A stretch of 64,000 bases of DNA from an uncultured Planctomycetota bacterium (GCA_963737655.1 CAVTTN010000002.1:5600001-5664000), one strand, 5' to 3'; counted from the first letter of the stretch, positions 19,661 to 31,890 are shown. Numbers and translations are program-made. Notes: generated by a model not told the origin, from the letters alone.

Positions 19661-20133
19661 CGGGACGGCCTCCCCTTAGCATCGTTGCCCCAGCCTACCG
19701 ACAACTCCACCAAGGCGCGAAAGACGAGCGCATCTTGGGCGTCGTAGCCGAGAACTTGGACGGCGAGCCGGCCCTGGAATTCTCGTTCATCCCCGGGATC
19801 GTAGAGGACACGGACTTCCGCTGACTTACCGGCAGGGACTCGAACACGCGAAGGATCGATGTGGATGCAGCCACAGCTAACTTCGAAGCGTCCGAGGACA
19901 ACATCATTGTCGGCCGGGTTGTGAAGGGCGAACTTTGAACGCGCAATTTGCCCGGGAACCAACTCGCCGAGCGAGATTTGTGGTGGGAGAACGTTGAGTC
20001 TCTCCCCGCCACTCGACTCAAGAAGAAGGGGACTCGGGGCGCTTGTTTCTCGGGCGCAGCCGGGTGCCGGGAGGCCCGCCGAGGCGAGGACGAGCGTCAG
20101 GACGATTCGAGGCGAAGGGCGTCGGCCCTTCAT
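19657..20133 (-). CDS. DUF1573 (Ig-like) domain protein, possible lipoprotein
   Basis: Signal ending APGC; F.L.N......L....VSCGC......VPAG motif; 4-nt overlap with the next gene. Confidence 0.75.
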   Translation of the reverse strand: MKGRRPSPRIVLTLVLASAGLPAPGCARETSAPSPLLLESSGGERLNVLPPQISLGELVPGQIARSKFALHNPADNDVVLGRFEVSCGCIHIDPSRVRVPAGKSAEVRVLYDPGDEREFQGRLAVQVLGYDAQDALVFRALVELSVGWGNDAKGRPSR

Positions 20134-20400
20134 CGTCGCGCCGCCTTCCGAACCTGGAAGAAATCCACGTCCGCCGATCCGATCGTTCGCGACACTATGC
20201 GATCCGAGCCGGGCCTGTCGAGGGGCATCCCGAGAATCTTCGGGGGGCCGGGGATCGGGGGCCGAAGTCCGGATTTCCGCAGGTCAAGCCGTCCCCTCCT
20301 TTCGGCGTCCGCCCCCTTGATTCCTAGGGGCGGGCCCTCCGAAAATCGGGGGCCAGCGATCCGCCGCCCTGCGTTTACCCCTCGCTCCGAGGATTCGTTG

Positions 20401-20682
20401 ATGACGACCGCCGATGTGGAGTGCCCCGAGTGTGCCCGGGTCCTGCCGATGCCGGAGGCGCAGCTTGGGACCGAGGTCAAGTGCCCTCATTGCAAGACGA
20501 TCTTCACGGCCGAGGCGGGCGCGGGGGCCTATGAGTTCGCCGACTCGGCGCCTCGGGCGGCTTCGCCCCGGGCCGATCGGGAACGTCCGGCTTCGGTCGA
20601 TCCCGACGAGGACAACGCGCCTCCCGAGACGGAGGCCGAGCGTCGTCTCCGCGAATCGATGGAGAAGTGGGCCGAGGAGTAG
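20401..20682 (+). CDS. Small zinc-ribbon protein
   Basis: CPEC-x15-CPHC followed by an acidic tail. Confidence 0.7.
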   Translation: MTTADVECPECARVLPMPEAQLGTEVKCPHCKTIFTAEAGAGAYEFADSAPRAASPRADRERPASVDPDEDNAPPETEAERRLRESMEKWAEE

Positions 20683-20744
20683 GCGGGGCGGGGCCTCGTC
20701 GCGGAGGAAATCCCTCTCCGGCGAGGCCCCCTGCCCTCGGGCCG

Positions 20745-22118
20745 TCAGCCCACCAGCACTTCCGAACCCGCGGCCTTGCCGTTGCCGTTGGCGTGGGCCC
20801 CGCCGAGGAGGTCGGCGCCGAGGGCCGTCTCGCCGTGCTGGCTGAGGTCCAGCCCCTCGATTTCCTGCTCCTCGGTCACTCGCAAGGGGATGATCAGGTC
20901 GGTGATCTTGTACAGGATAATCGACCCGACGAAGGTGAACGCGGAGACCAGCACCAGGGCGAGCAGGTGATAGAGGAACGTGGTGGTCTTGCCCGAGGTC
21001 AGCCCCACGTCCTTGGCGAAAATCCCGGTGGCGACCATGCCGACCATCCCCCCCAGGCCGTGGCAGGGGAACACGTCCAGGGTGTCGTCCAGGTCGGACT
21101 TGGTCCTCAGGTGGACGGCCAGGTTGCTGATCACGCTGGCGACCAGGCCGATGACGATGCTCTCGCGGACCGTGACGAAGCCGGCGGCCGGGGTGATCGC
21201 CACGAGGCCGACCACGGCGCCGATGCAGGCGCCCATCGCCGAGGGCTTGTGGCCCCTCATCCAGTCGAAGAACATCCAGGCGAGCATGGCCGAGGCCGAC
21301 GCCGTGTTCGTGGTGGCGAAGGCCATCGCCGCCGTGCCGTTGGCCGCCAGGGCCGACCCGGCGTTGAAGCCGAACCAGCCGAACCAGAGCATCCCCGTCC
21401 CCAGGAGGACGAACGGGACGTTCGCCGGGACGTGGGGATGCTTCGCCAGATGCGCCTTGCGACGGCCCAGGAGCAACGCCCCGGCCAGGGCCGCCCATCC
21501 GGCCGACATGTGAACCACGGTCCCCCCGGCGAAGTCCTTCACGCCCCACTTGTTGAGGATGCCGTCGGGGTGCCAGGTCCAGTGGGCCAGCGGGCAGTAG
21601 ATCAGGAGGCTGAAGAGGACCATGAACAGCAGGTAGGACGAGAACCGGACTCGCTCGGCGAAGCTGCCGGTGATCAGGGCCGGGGTGATGATCGCGAACT
21701 TGAGCTGGAACAGCGCGAAGACCATCAGGGGGATCGTCGCGGCGAGCTTCGGGTGGGTCGCCTCGCCCACGCCGTCGAACATGAAGAACGTCCGGGGGTC
21801 GCCGATCAGGCCGCCGTGGCTGTCGCCGAACGCCAGGCTGAAGCCGACGACCACCCAGAGGATGCTGATCACGCCCAGGGCCACGACGCTCTGAAGCATC
21901 GTCGAGACCACATTCTTGAATCCGACCATCCCGCCATAGAAGAACGAAAGGCCCGGGGTCATCAGCAGGACCAGGGCGGAGGCCGTGAGCATCCACGCCA
22001 CGTCGCCCGAATTGATCGCCTCGCCGGTCGGCACCGGCGGATGCCCCGGCTTGACGAACAGGGCCACGGCTGCCACGGCGACCAAAATGAGGAACGGCAC
22101 GGCCAATGCGCGCTTCAT
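20745..22118 (-). CDS. amtB: Ammonium transporter
   Basis: GD.AW.L...ALV.LMTPGL.FFYGG, DFAGGTVVH, WFGWFGFNAGS, DDTLDVF..HG and E..GLD..QHGE. Confidence 0.97.
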   Translation of the reverse strand: MKRALAVPFLILVAVAAVALFVKPGHPPVPTGEAINSGDVAWMLTASALVLLMTPGLSFFYGGMVGFKNVVSTMLQSVVALGVISILWVVVGFSLAFGDSHGGLIGDPRTFFMFDGVGEATHPKLAATIPLMVFALFQLKFAIITPALITGSFAERVRFSSYLLFMVLFSLLIYCPLAHWTWHPDGILNKWGVKDFAGGTVVHMSAGWAALAGALLLGRRKAHLAKHPHVPANVPFVLLGTGMLWFGWFGFNAGSALAANGTAAMAFATTNTASASAMLAWMFFDWMRGHKPSAMGACIGAVVGLVAITPAAGFVTVRESIVIGLVASVISNLAVHLRTKSDLDDTLDVFPCHGLGGMVGMVATGIFAKDVGLTSGKTTTFLYHLLALVLVSAFTFVGSIILYKITDLIIPLRVTEEQEIEGLDLSQHGETALGADLLGGAHANGNGKAAGSEVLVG

Positions 22119-22575
22119 GGGCGTTCTCGCGGAAAAAAGGGGCACGGACGAGGGAGAGATCGTCGGCCAGCGACGGTCCCGAAGGGGGGGCGACGAACCT
22201 TGAGATCGTCCCAGATCGTTGCGAATCCCAAGGTTGCGCCCTCGGGACGTGGACGACCGGGGCCGACCCCAAGGCGGCGATCAGGACCCAAACGCCGAGG
22301 GGATGCACCGCCCATGCCATCGAAAGGTCTCGGGACGGACGCCCGGCCGCTCGGAAGGCGGTCCTGTCGAGGCTTGAACTCGGCCGCCCCGCCAGGACGA
22401 GCCGGGCCCGGATCGCGGGCGACGGCCTCGGCCATCCGATCGGGTCGATCCGGGCCGTCGCGGTCAAGTTTGCCGATTGTCCGGACGATAACGATTCGGA
22501 GGGGGTGCCTCGGGGCGCCTCGATCCCCGGGGCGGCCGTGGCCCCGTCCGGCCTGGGCGGCCCGGGTCCATCCTC

Positions 22576-23816
22576 ATGCGCGATCTGGGCCGGGAGATCA
22601 GGGGCAGATGGCGGAGGGCGGCTCTCTGGCTGCTCGTCGCGGGCCTTTGCGGGTGCGTGGGGCCGGGGGCGATCCGCCAGACCCGCTTGAAGTATAACGA
22701 GGTCATCCGCGACACGAACGATCAGCAACTCCTGATCAACATCGTGAGGCTCCGCTACGCCGATTCTCCCGTGTTCATCGACTTGCCCAGCATCACCAGC
22801 CAGTTCGAGGTCTCCACCGGCAGCAGCTACGTCGGGAAGAACCAGTCGGTGTCGTCGAACTTCGGTTACGGGGGGTTCTCGGCCCGCGACACGCCGACCT
22901 TGAGCTATCACCCCCGCGAGGGCCGGGAGATCGCCAAGGCGCTGCTGACCCCGCTCTCGGCCGACCTGTTCAGCGTGGTGAACGCCGGGGCCGACCTCGA
23001 GCAGTTGCTCCTCCTGACGCTCAACGACATCAACGACGTGCCCAACGCCCCGGGCTCCACGACCCTGACGCCCCGGCTGGCCGACGACAACGCCGAGTTC
23101 CTCCGGGGGATCCGCCTGATGGCGGCCCTGAGGGCCCGGCAGGCCACCGAGCTGGCGATCTCCACGAGCGAGGAGGCCGACGAGACCTCCGACCCCGTGC
23201 CGAGCGAGACCGTCCAGGGCCGGGACGTCCTGAGCGCCGCCCAGGAAGGGTACGCCTATCGCACCCGGCCCGACGGCAAGCTCGCCCTGATGAAACGGCA
23301 GAAGGAGCTGGTCCTCCGCATCCGGCCCGACGAGACGAACTCGCCCGAGATGCTCGAGATCGCCCGGATCTTCCACCTCGCCCCGGGCCGGACGCACTAC
23401 CGGGTCAAGTCCGAGCTCGCCGAGGATGCCTCCGGCGACGTCCCCAGCCCTCTGGGCTCCGATACAATTTATTTGAACATGCGATCGGTCCTGCAAATCA
23501 TGACGTTCCTCTCCAAGGGCGTGCGCGTGCCCGAGGAGCACGTCGCCTGCGGGATCGCGCCGACGACGCCCGGCCCCGGGGGCGGCCCGTTCGACTGGTC
23601 GGCGGTCATGGCCGGTCACTTCCGGGTCTGCGCCAGAAGAAGAGGCCCAAGGGGGCCGAGGTGGCGGTCTCGTATCGGGGCTACTGGTTCTTCATCGCCC
23701 AGAACGACGTGGAATCCCGGGCCGTCCTGGCGATCCTGGAGCTCCTCTTCGCCTTGCAGGAGGCCGGAGACAAGAACGCCGGGCCGTTGCTGACCCTGCC
23801 GGTGGGCGGGGGGTGA
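22576..23816 (+). CDS. Hypothetical lipoprotein (frameshift near 23640)
   Basis: Lipobox LCGC; YNE......QQLL.NIVRLRY.D.P.F; the ending V.YRGYWF.I...D..S...PLLTLPVG lies in a shifted frame. Confidence 0.75.
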
Positions 23817-23941
23817 GGCGAGGAAAGGGCCGACGGGAGCGGCTTCGCGGGCGATCGGTCAGGGCCACTCCTCCAGGGGGATGACCCGCGGGAAATCCCC
23901 GGCCACCTGCTCTGTGAACGACCCCGATCGAAGAGGTCGAT

Positions 23942-24014
23942 CGAGTGGGTCCGACTTCAGTCGGGCCTACGAAATGTCTTGTTTTGCAGGCCCGACTGAA
24001 GTCGGACCCACTCG
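23942..24014. repeat. REP family B doublet overlapping the 3' end of the VapC-like gene
   Basis: CGAGTGGGTCCGACTTCAGTCGGGCCTAC ... GCAGGCCCGACTGAAGTCGGACCCACTCG. Confidence 0.85.
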
Positions 24015-24341
24015 TTTCCTCATTCTCAACGGGGTTTTCTTCAGGACACCGGCCACCGCCTTCTGGAGAGGCCCGTCGGTCGTGACGCCCACAAGGCCCA
24101 GGTCTTCGGGCAGGGCGAGGAGCGCCTCGGTCAGTCGCTCCCCCTCCTCGGGGATCAGCAATCCGCGATGGACCCGCTTCCAGATCGCCTGAGCGACCTC
24201 GATCAGGGCGAGATCCAGGACGATCAGACGCCCTCCCCGGGTCTTGACGTCGGCGAAGACGCGGAGGGCCTCGGGCGTGTCGGGCTCGATCAGGAGCCAC
24301 TTCGCGACGACGCAACTGTCGGCCACGGCATCAAGCGTCAC
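23967..24341 (-). pseudogene. VapC/PIN toxin-like gene, apparently internally deleted, with a REP-derived C-terminus
   Basis: V.DSCVVAKW...E and LALIEV..AIWK, but no central YDA motif; last residues are translated REP sequence. Confidence 0.6.
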
Positions 24342-24562
24342 GGATCCGATCCTCGGCGATCTCGGCCGTGCTGTCGGGCAAGGGGCCGCCCCTCCTCGCG
24401 AGGATCTGGCGGTGGATCTCGACGACCCGATCGAGCCAATTTCGCCAGTCCTCCGCCTCCCCGGGACCCGGGCCCCGGACGATCCCCGGGCCCTCGCGCA
24501 AGGAGATGTCGTCGCCCGCGAGAAACGCGCCCCCCCGAGACTCCTCCCCAAGCTCGTTCACC
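24331..24562 (-). CDS. Putative VapB-type antitoxin
   Basis: Short ORF ending DS..EIAEDR, overlapping the PIN gene start. Confidence 0.5.
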
Positions 24563-24765
24563 CTCCACCTCCTCCGCCGATGCGCCGGCGGATTCGCTCG
24601 ATCGATCACCGGATCGGCGCGTCACTCCGGGTCATCCTAACGAACGGGGACGCCCCGCCACAACCCGGCCCCTGCTCCCGCCTCGCCCTTCCGCCGCTCG
24701 CGACCGTCCGCTATCGTCGAGGGCCTCACGTCCGGGGGTGCGAGGAGGTTTGGTCCGATGGATGC

Positions 24766-26664
24766 GATGGGGGACGATCCGGGCTTGGGCGAGGCCCCGG
24801 TTGAGGAGGCCCCGCCCTCGCTGGGGGCGATGGTCCGGCGATCGGTGGGGCGGGCCGGGGGGTTCGGATTGCGGCTCCCCCTCTATGTGGTCGGGCCGAT
24901 CTCGGCGCTCCTGTTGATCGTGGGCGTGATCCCCACGGCGTTCGGCCTCGGGTCGGGCCGGGGGTTCGGGGTTCATGGGATCGTCTTCCAGGCTCTGGGG
25001 TTCTTGCTCGGGGTCGAGGGCCTGGGCGCGATGCTGGGCGGGTCGATCGGCCTGGTTTCGGGGCTGGCGATGTGGGCGAGGGGCCGAGGAGGTTCGGGGT
25101 CGTGGTGGGCCGCCGCGAATCGGCCGATCCGGCTGCTTCCGAAAGCGTCATCCGCGACGCCCAACCCCCGGGCCGGGGCGTTCGTCGCCCCGGTCTCCGA
25201 GGCGGCTCCGCCCCGGTCGCGTCGGTGGCCCTGGACCCTCCTGAGAATCGCGCCCTGGGTCGTCGGCGTGCCGGCGGTGGTGGCGTTCGCGATCGCATTC
25301 GTCGTGGGGATGAACGTGAGGAGGGACGTCGATGCCCGGCTCGCCCGGGCGATCGCCGAGGCCGACCGCGACGACCCGAACTGGCGGATCGACGACCTCA
25401 TGAGGGCCCGCGAGCCGGTCCCCGACGCCGAGAATTCGGCGATCGTGATCAAGCGGGCCCTGGCCCTCTTGCCGAAGGACTGGCCCTCTACGTCGGTCCC
25501 GTTCGGGCGCGGAAGCCGCCTCCGAACGCGGTCGAGCAGGCGTTCTCCGAGCTGAATTCCCTCGAGGATAACGTCCGGCTCGACGACGAGGCGGCCGAGG
25601 CGCTCCGAAACGACCTGAAAACGCATGAGGAAGCCGTCCGCCTGGCCCGGTCCGTCGCCGGGTACCGCCGGGGAAGGCACGAATTGAAGCTCGGCCGGGC
25701 GTTGATCGACACCCTCTTGCCCGAGACCCAGACGAGCCGGCTCGCCGCGCGGTTCCTCCGGGCCGATGCCGCGATCCGAAGCCACGACGGCGACATCGAC
25801 GGCGCCCTCGATTCGGCTCGGGCGATCTTCGGGGTGTCGCGTTCCATCGGCGGCGAGCCGTTCCTGATCTCGCAACTCGTGAAGATCGCCATCGACGGCG
25901 ACGCCCTGAGAGCCATCCTCCGGGCCCTGGGCCAGGGCGAAGCGTCGGATGAGGCACTGGCCCGGGTCCAGGCCGTGATCCTCGACGAGCTGCGGGCGCC
26001 CCTGATGATCCAGGGCCTCCGAGGGGAACGGGGGATGCTCGACGAGCTCATCCGGCGGATTCGCGACGCCGAGATCCCGATCGACTCGCTGAGCGGGATG
26101 ACCGACGCGGAGGTCGTCCCGGAGATCTCCCCCTGGGGCAAGCTAACCTTCGATTACCAGAGGGCCCTCGGCCTGGAATGGTCGGGCGAGCTCCTGAGGA
26201 TCGCCAGGCAGCCAATCAAGGAACGCCCCGCGCTCCTGGATGCCTGGGAGGCCGAGATGGACCGGGTGAGGCAAACCCGGTTCGGCCTCTACACGGCCAC
26301 GCTCCCCCTCCTGATGATGCCGGCGGCCCGAGCGGTCTTCGAGGCCGACGCCCGCCGGCACGGGGAGCTCGGGGCGATGGCCCTCCTGATCGCCTCCGAG
26401 CGCCATCGACGAAAGACCGGCGCGTGGCCCCGGTCGATCGACGAGATCGCGGGCCTCCTGCCGGCCGGGCCGCTCGACCCATTCACGGGCGAAAATTTCT
26501 TGATCTTGCATCAGGACGGCCGGTTCCGGGTCCACTCCGTCGGCCCCGACCTGGAGGACGACCAAGGGGCCTACGACCCGAAAACCTGGATGCACGGCGG
26601 CCCGGACGACGTCGGCGAAGCCCTCTGGGACGTGGACCGGCGCAAGCAACCGGCCGGGCCGTGA
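24766..26664 (+). CDS. Membrane protein distantly related to the LPDIGDPFD family (frameshift near 25505)
   Basis: Multiple TM segments; VPDAENSA; P.LISQLV.IA; C-terminal WP.SIDEI...PLDPFTG..SVGPD..DD.G (GspG-C-like). Confidence 0.7.
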
Positions 26665-26673
26665 GCCGCCGCG

Positions 26674-27597
26674 CTACTTCGCCGGGTGCTCGATGAGCAA
26701 CGGCAGGTCGGTGTAGAGCACGGCGACGCACAGGAGCATCCAGCAGAGGATGCCGATCGCGAGCATGGGGTCGGAGAGGAGGATCTCCTCGGGCGATTCG
26801 CCTCGCCCCTTGACGATCACCTGGTGGCCGTAGCGGAGGACGCAATAGACCACCGGGACGACGGTCACCACCAGCGAGGGGTTGTGGTGCGAGGAGACGC
26901 TGTAGAGCGAATAGGTGAGGATCGTCATCCCGCACATCATGCCGATGACCATGTCGAGATACGCAAGGCTGTACTTGCCGAGGACCGGCCGGGACGTCCC
27001 GGAGTCTTCGCCGAGGCTGGCCAGCTCCCCTTTCCTCTTGGAGAAGCCCAGGAGCAGGGCGAGGAAGAACATGCAGAGGAGGATCCAGGGCGTGGGCCGG
27101 ACGCCGACGGCATAGACGCCGAAGAGGACGCGGAGGACGAACCCCAGGGCGATGCACATGACATCGGCGATCACGGTCCGGTTCAGCCGGAGCGAGTAGA
27201 CGACGTTGAGCGAGGCGTAGACGACCAGGCAGAGGAAGGCCGCGATCCCCAGGGCCCGGGCCATCGCCGCCGAGGCCAGCGCGAGGCCGAGGCAGCTCAG
27301 CAAGGCCACCCAGGGGGGCAGGAGCCCGGAGGCCAGCGGGCGGGACGCCGTCCGGGGGTTGGCGCGATCGCGGGTGCGGTCGAGCAGGTCGTTCAGGAGG
27401 TAGACCGCCGAGGCGATCAGCGAGAAGGCCACGAAGGCCAGCAAGGCGGCGGCCTGCACCCTCGGCTGGAAGAGCTGGCCGGAGAAGACCAGGCCGGCGA
27501 AGCAGGCGACGTTCTTGAGCCACTGCTTGGGCCGCATCGAGCGGACCAGGGCGAAGAGGATCGTCAAGGGGGAAGCGACCGCGTGGGGAGTGGTCAT
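26674..27597 (-). CDS. UbiA-family decaprenyl-phosphate phosphoribosyltransferase-like protein
   Basis: RP.QW.KN, Y..ND..D...DR.NP...RP.ASG, D...IA.GFVLR and KR..EL. Confidence 0.85.
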   Translation of the reverse strand: MTTPHAVASPLTILFALVRSMRPKQWLKNVACFAGLVFSGQLFQPRVQAAALLAFVAFSLIASAVYLLNDLLDRTRDRANPRTASRPLASGLLPPWVALLSCLGLALASAAMARALGIAAFLCLVVYASLNVVYSLRLNRTVIADVMCIALGFVLRVLFGVYAVGVRPTPWILLCMFFLALLLGFSKRKGELASLGEDSGTSRPVLGKYSLAYLDMVIGMMCGMTILTYSLYSVSSHHNPSLVVTVVPVVYCVLRYGHQVIVKGRGESPEEILLSDPMLAIGILCWMLLCVAVLYTDLPLLIEHPAK

Positions 27598-29125
27598 CGC
27601 GTCACCTGCGATCCCGAGGCGACGTCGGCCCCGTCCCTCCGCCAAACGGCCAGGAACGAGCCGACCAGGCCGGCGAGGAGGGCCGCCACGACCGGGGCGA
27701 TCAGGCGAGCCGGGACGCCCGCCCTCGCGACCGTGATCCACCAGAAATTGATCGTGTTGCTCGCCTGGACGTTGATCGGCGACTCGCCCTGGACGACGTC
27801 GGGCCGGGCCCGCCCCAGGACCACCAGGACGTTGTGCGCCCCCCCGCGGATCATGTCCCACGACTGCGATTCCCGGACGTCCCAGAGGAACCCCGAGTTG
27901 ACCGTGCCCCGCTCGTCGGCCCTCTCGGCCCGGTAGTGCCAGCTGCCGATCATCGAGGTGAAGGCCAGCAGGAACCCCGCCCCGGCCAGGACGAGGGCGG
28001 CGGCCCTCGGCCCCGGGACCTGGCGATGGCGGGCAGGTCGGCCAGGGCCGGCAGCAGCAGGAGCGGGACGACCGTCACGAAGTGCCGGGGGCCCCAGCCC
28101 CAGGCGCCCCACCACGACCTCAGCTTCGCGTGGAGCAGCAGCCAGGCCCCCGCCAGGATCGCCAGGTACAGCGCCTCCGGCCGATGGGACCGCGCGAACC
28201 GGGGAAACCGCGCGACGGAGAGCACCAGCAGGGGGGCGTAGACGAACACGCTCTTGCCCGGGCTGAACAGGAGGCCCATCACGCCCGTCAGCAGGGGCCC
28301 GTCCAGCCCGTTATTCGCCGCGTACTGGGCGGTCTGGACGGGCGAGACCAGCGGGTTGCCGGTCCTCAGGTGGTTGTACCAGAGCTGCCAGGCCAGGAAC
28401 GGCGCCAGCGCCAGGGCCGCCACCGCCGCCGCCCTCCACGACCGGGCGATCGACCACCCCTCCGCCGCGAGCACGTACACGGCCGACGCCGCGACCGGCA
28501 GGACCATCGAGACCCGGGTCGCCACCCCCAGCCCCAGGAGCGCGAACGCCGCCGCCACGTGCCGGAGCCGGCCGTCCCGCCGGTAGTCCAGGAGGCCGAG
28601 GAACGACCCGGTCAGCAGGGTCCCGCAGAGCACGTTGTCGAAGAGCATCCGCGAGTACGTCCAGCAGAACGTCGTGGTCGCCATCGCCAACGCGCCCAGG
28701 AACGCCCACCGCCGACTCCGCCCGAAGTGGCGACGCAGGATCGCGTACAGCGCCGTCGCCGTCAGGGCCGAATACAACGAACTCTGGAACGGAGGGCCGA
28801 ACTCGCGGACCCTCCTGATCAGCTCGGGAGGCTTCCCCATCGCCGAGAGCCGGGATTCGACCCCGCGCTCCGCGGCCGCCAGCGGCAGCAACATCAACGT
28901 GTTGCCGAATTCGTGCGAGCCGTACGTCCTGCCGTTCGGGGCCACCGTCAGGTTCCAGATCTCCGCCTCCGCGTACCCCAGCTCCCCGGTCTCGAGGATG
29001 TGCAGGGCCAATCCGTAATGGCCCCGCCCCTCCGACATATCCACCCCGCAATTCGTCAGGCAGAATAGCGAGAAAAAGAACAAGAATACGTAACGCTTCC
29101 GCTCGTTCATTAAAGATGAAAACAT
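27594..29125 (-). CDS. GT-C fold (ArnT/PMT-like) membrane glycosyltransferase (frameshift near 28015)
   Basis: Many TM segments; G.LFSPGKS.F.YAP and W.G.W.WGPR motifs; overlaps the UbiA start. Confidence 0.7.
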
Positions 29126-29561
29126 ATCTTCCCCGTTCTGATCGGGATCGGTCCGCCCACTCCGCCGGACGATGGTCGGCGACGGTCCATCGCCGTCCCG
29201 TAAATCGTAATACGCGTTGCATGGCAGAGTCCATGTTTTTCCCATTATTTTATATTTTATTATCATATCTCCATCAAACATGGATCTGGGCGACCCCCCG
29301 GGGCCGGGGGACGACCGGCGGCCCGGGCGACGTCGGCGAAGGGCTTCCGGGATGCGGGCCGACTCGGCCGGCCGGCCGGGCCACGAGGGGTCACGAACGC
29401 GGGAAGGGACGAACCGCGGATCGTGGACCGCCTCGCGGCCAATCCCTCCATCTTGCCGCAAGGGCGGCGCCCGCGTACCCTGGACGGGTTCGCGGCGTGC
29501 TCTCTTCGCGCCCGCAATTCTCGGGATTGGCTCTCGAATCGAACAGGATGGGACCGGCGTG

Positions 29562-31887
29562 ATGCGCATCTTGCTGCGGGGCGTGTTCGTTGTCGTGGGG
29601 GTGGCACTCTCGGGGATGGCCCGGGCCGAGGGGCCGAAGCCCTCGGAGACGTTCGGGTTCCTGCCCCTGGAGATCTATAAGCTCGACTCCCGGATCAGCA
29701 ATCTGACCCTGGGGGACCTCGACGGCGATGGGATCGACGACGTGATCGTGGCCAACAACGGCCGGTCCCGGATCGACCTCCTGCTGAGCACCAAGGGCCC
29801 CTCGGAAGACCCGGGCAAGACCGAGGCGAACCAGGTCCCCGGCGACCGCCGGATGAGGCTCAAGAGCCTGCCGGTGAACAAGGAGGTCGTCAGCATCCAG
29901 GTCGGCGACTTCAACGGCGACGGCAAGGTCGACCTGGCGTATTACGGCACCCCCGCCGAGCTGATCGTCCTGTTCAACCAGGGCGAGGCGAAGTTCTCGT
30001 CGCCCCGGAGGTTCGCCACCGGGGAGGCCATCGAGAGCGCCATCAGCCTGGCCGTGGGCGACCTGAACCGCGACGGCAAGGCCGACCTCGCCCTGCTGAC
30101 GGCCAATGACGTGGTGACGATCACCCAGGACAAGGGCGGCAAGCTCGGCGAGCCGGAGAGGCTGCCCCACACGTGCGGCAATCCGCGGATGCTCAAGCTG
30201 GTGGACCTGGATGGCGACGGCGGCGACGACCTCGTGATCCTCGACGGCGGGTCCGAGGACCCGATCCGGGTCCGGCTCTCGACCGACGGCGGCGGGCTCG
30301 GCCCGAGCAGAGGTTCGCGATCGAGAACCCGAGGGCCGTGGCCTATGGGCAGATCGACGGCAAGAAGGGCCAGGAGCTGCTCACCATCGAGGCGGGCTCC
30401 GGCCGGGCCAAGGTCTCGACGCTGACCGAGGCCGACGAGGACGAGGCCGACCGTCGCGGCCGATTGATCTTCTACCCCTTGCCGAAGGGGGACACCCGGG
30501 GCCGGTCGATCGCCGTGGGCGACCTCGACGGCGACGGCAAGAGCGACGTCGTGGCCACCGACCCGGCCGACGCCCAGGTGCTCGTGTACCTCCAGGGCAA
30601 GGCGGGCCTCTCGATCGCCAGGACCTATCCCGGGCTGGCCGGCGGCAAGGCGGCCGTCGTCGCGGACCTCGACGGCGACAGGAAGGCCGAGGTGCTGGTC
30701 CTCTCCGAGGCCGAGAAGCAGATCGGCGTGGCGAAGCTGGAGGAAGGCCGCCTGACGTTCCCGACCGCCCTGCCCCTGAGCGGCGACCCGGTGGCGATGG
30801 CCGTCGCCGACCTCGACGCCGACGGCGCCCCGGAAGTCCTCTACGTGACCGCCGGCAAGGAGGGGAATGACGCCTTCAGCCTGCGCGCCCTGTCTCGCGA
30901 GAAGACCGGCAAGTTCGTCCCGTATCGCTGGGGCGCCGAGGACTCGGTGGCGATCAAGGGCCTCTCGGGCAAGCCGCCGGCGCTCCGGGTCTTCGACGCC
31001 AACCGCGACGGCCAGGCCGACATCCTCGTATTCAACGCCTACGGGCCGCCGATCCTCCTGCTCGGCCGACCCGGCGGCGAGCCCCCGCCCCGGCCGGAGG
31101 GACGCTCGGGCCTCTCGTCGGCGCGACCCCGGCGGGCCTCACGCTCGCGGGCCTCGACGGCCCGGCCCTGCTCGTGGCCCAGGGGACGTTCGCCCGCAAC
31201 GTGGCCCTGGACAAGAATGGCCAGTGGCAGATCAAGGAGCAGTTCAACGCGGGCAAGGCGGCCGCCCAGATCATCGGCGCGGCGGTCGTGGACCTCGACG
31301 GCGACGGCACCCCCTCGGTGGCCCTGCTCGACCGCACGAGCAAGGACCTGCTGTTCCTCGACAAGAAGAAGGGGGCCAGCGTCTTCAGCCCCTCGGGAAG
31401 CCTCTCGGTCGGCCCGATCGAGTTCCTCGGCATGCACGCGGCCGACTTCGACGGCGACGGCCGGGACGACCTCCTGATCGCCGGATCGGACAAGTTCGGC
31501 GTGGTCCTCACCGGCCGGAAGGGCCTGAAATTCAAGACCCTGGCCAGCTACGAGCCGAGCCGCAAGGACGCCCGGCTCGGCGACCTGATCGTCGCCGACC
31601 TCAACGGGGACGGCAAGGCCGACATCGCCCTGACCGACATCGGCGACCACCTGATCGACCTGCTCACCTTCGACGGGGGCTCCGACCTCAACCGCGCCCT
31701 CACGTTCAAGGTCTTCGAGAAGAAGTCCTTCCGCGACCGCGACAGCCTGGTCGAGCCCCGGGATTTCGTGGTCGGCGACGTGGACGGCGACAAGAAGACC
31801 GACCTCGTCCTGATGGTCCACGACCGCATCCTGATCTATCGGCAGGACTCGGGCGAGGGGAAGGCCGAGAAGACGGCCGACAAGTGA
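29562..31887 (+). CDS. Secreted FG-GAP/VCBS repeat protein (frameshifts near 30300 and 31090)
   Basis: Signal peptide; more than ten GD(L/F)xGDGxxD repeats spread across three consecutive frames. Confidence 0.85.
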
Positions 31888-31890
31888 GAC

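Noticed and set aside
20284..23619. Very long antisense or alternate-frame ORFs (e.g. 1111 aa here, 989 aa at 51582-54551, 815 aa at 46679-49126)
   Set aside because: Arg/Gly/Pro-rich shadow ORFs expected at high GC, overlapping well-supported genes.
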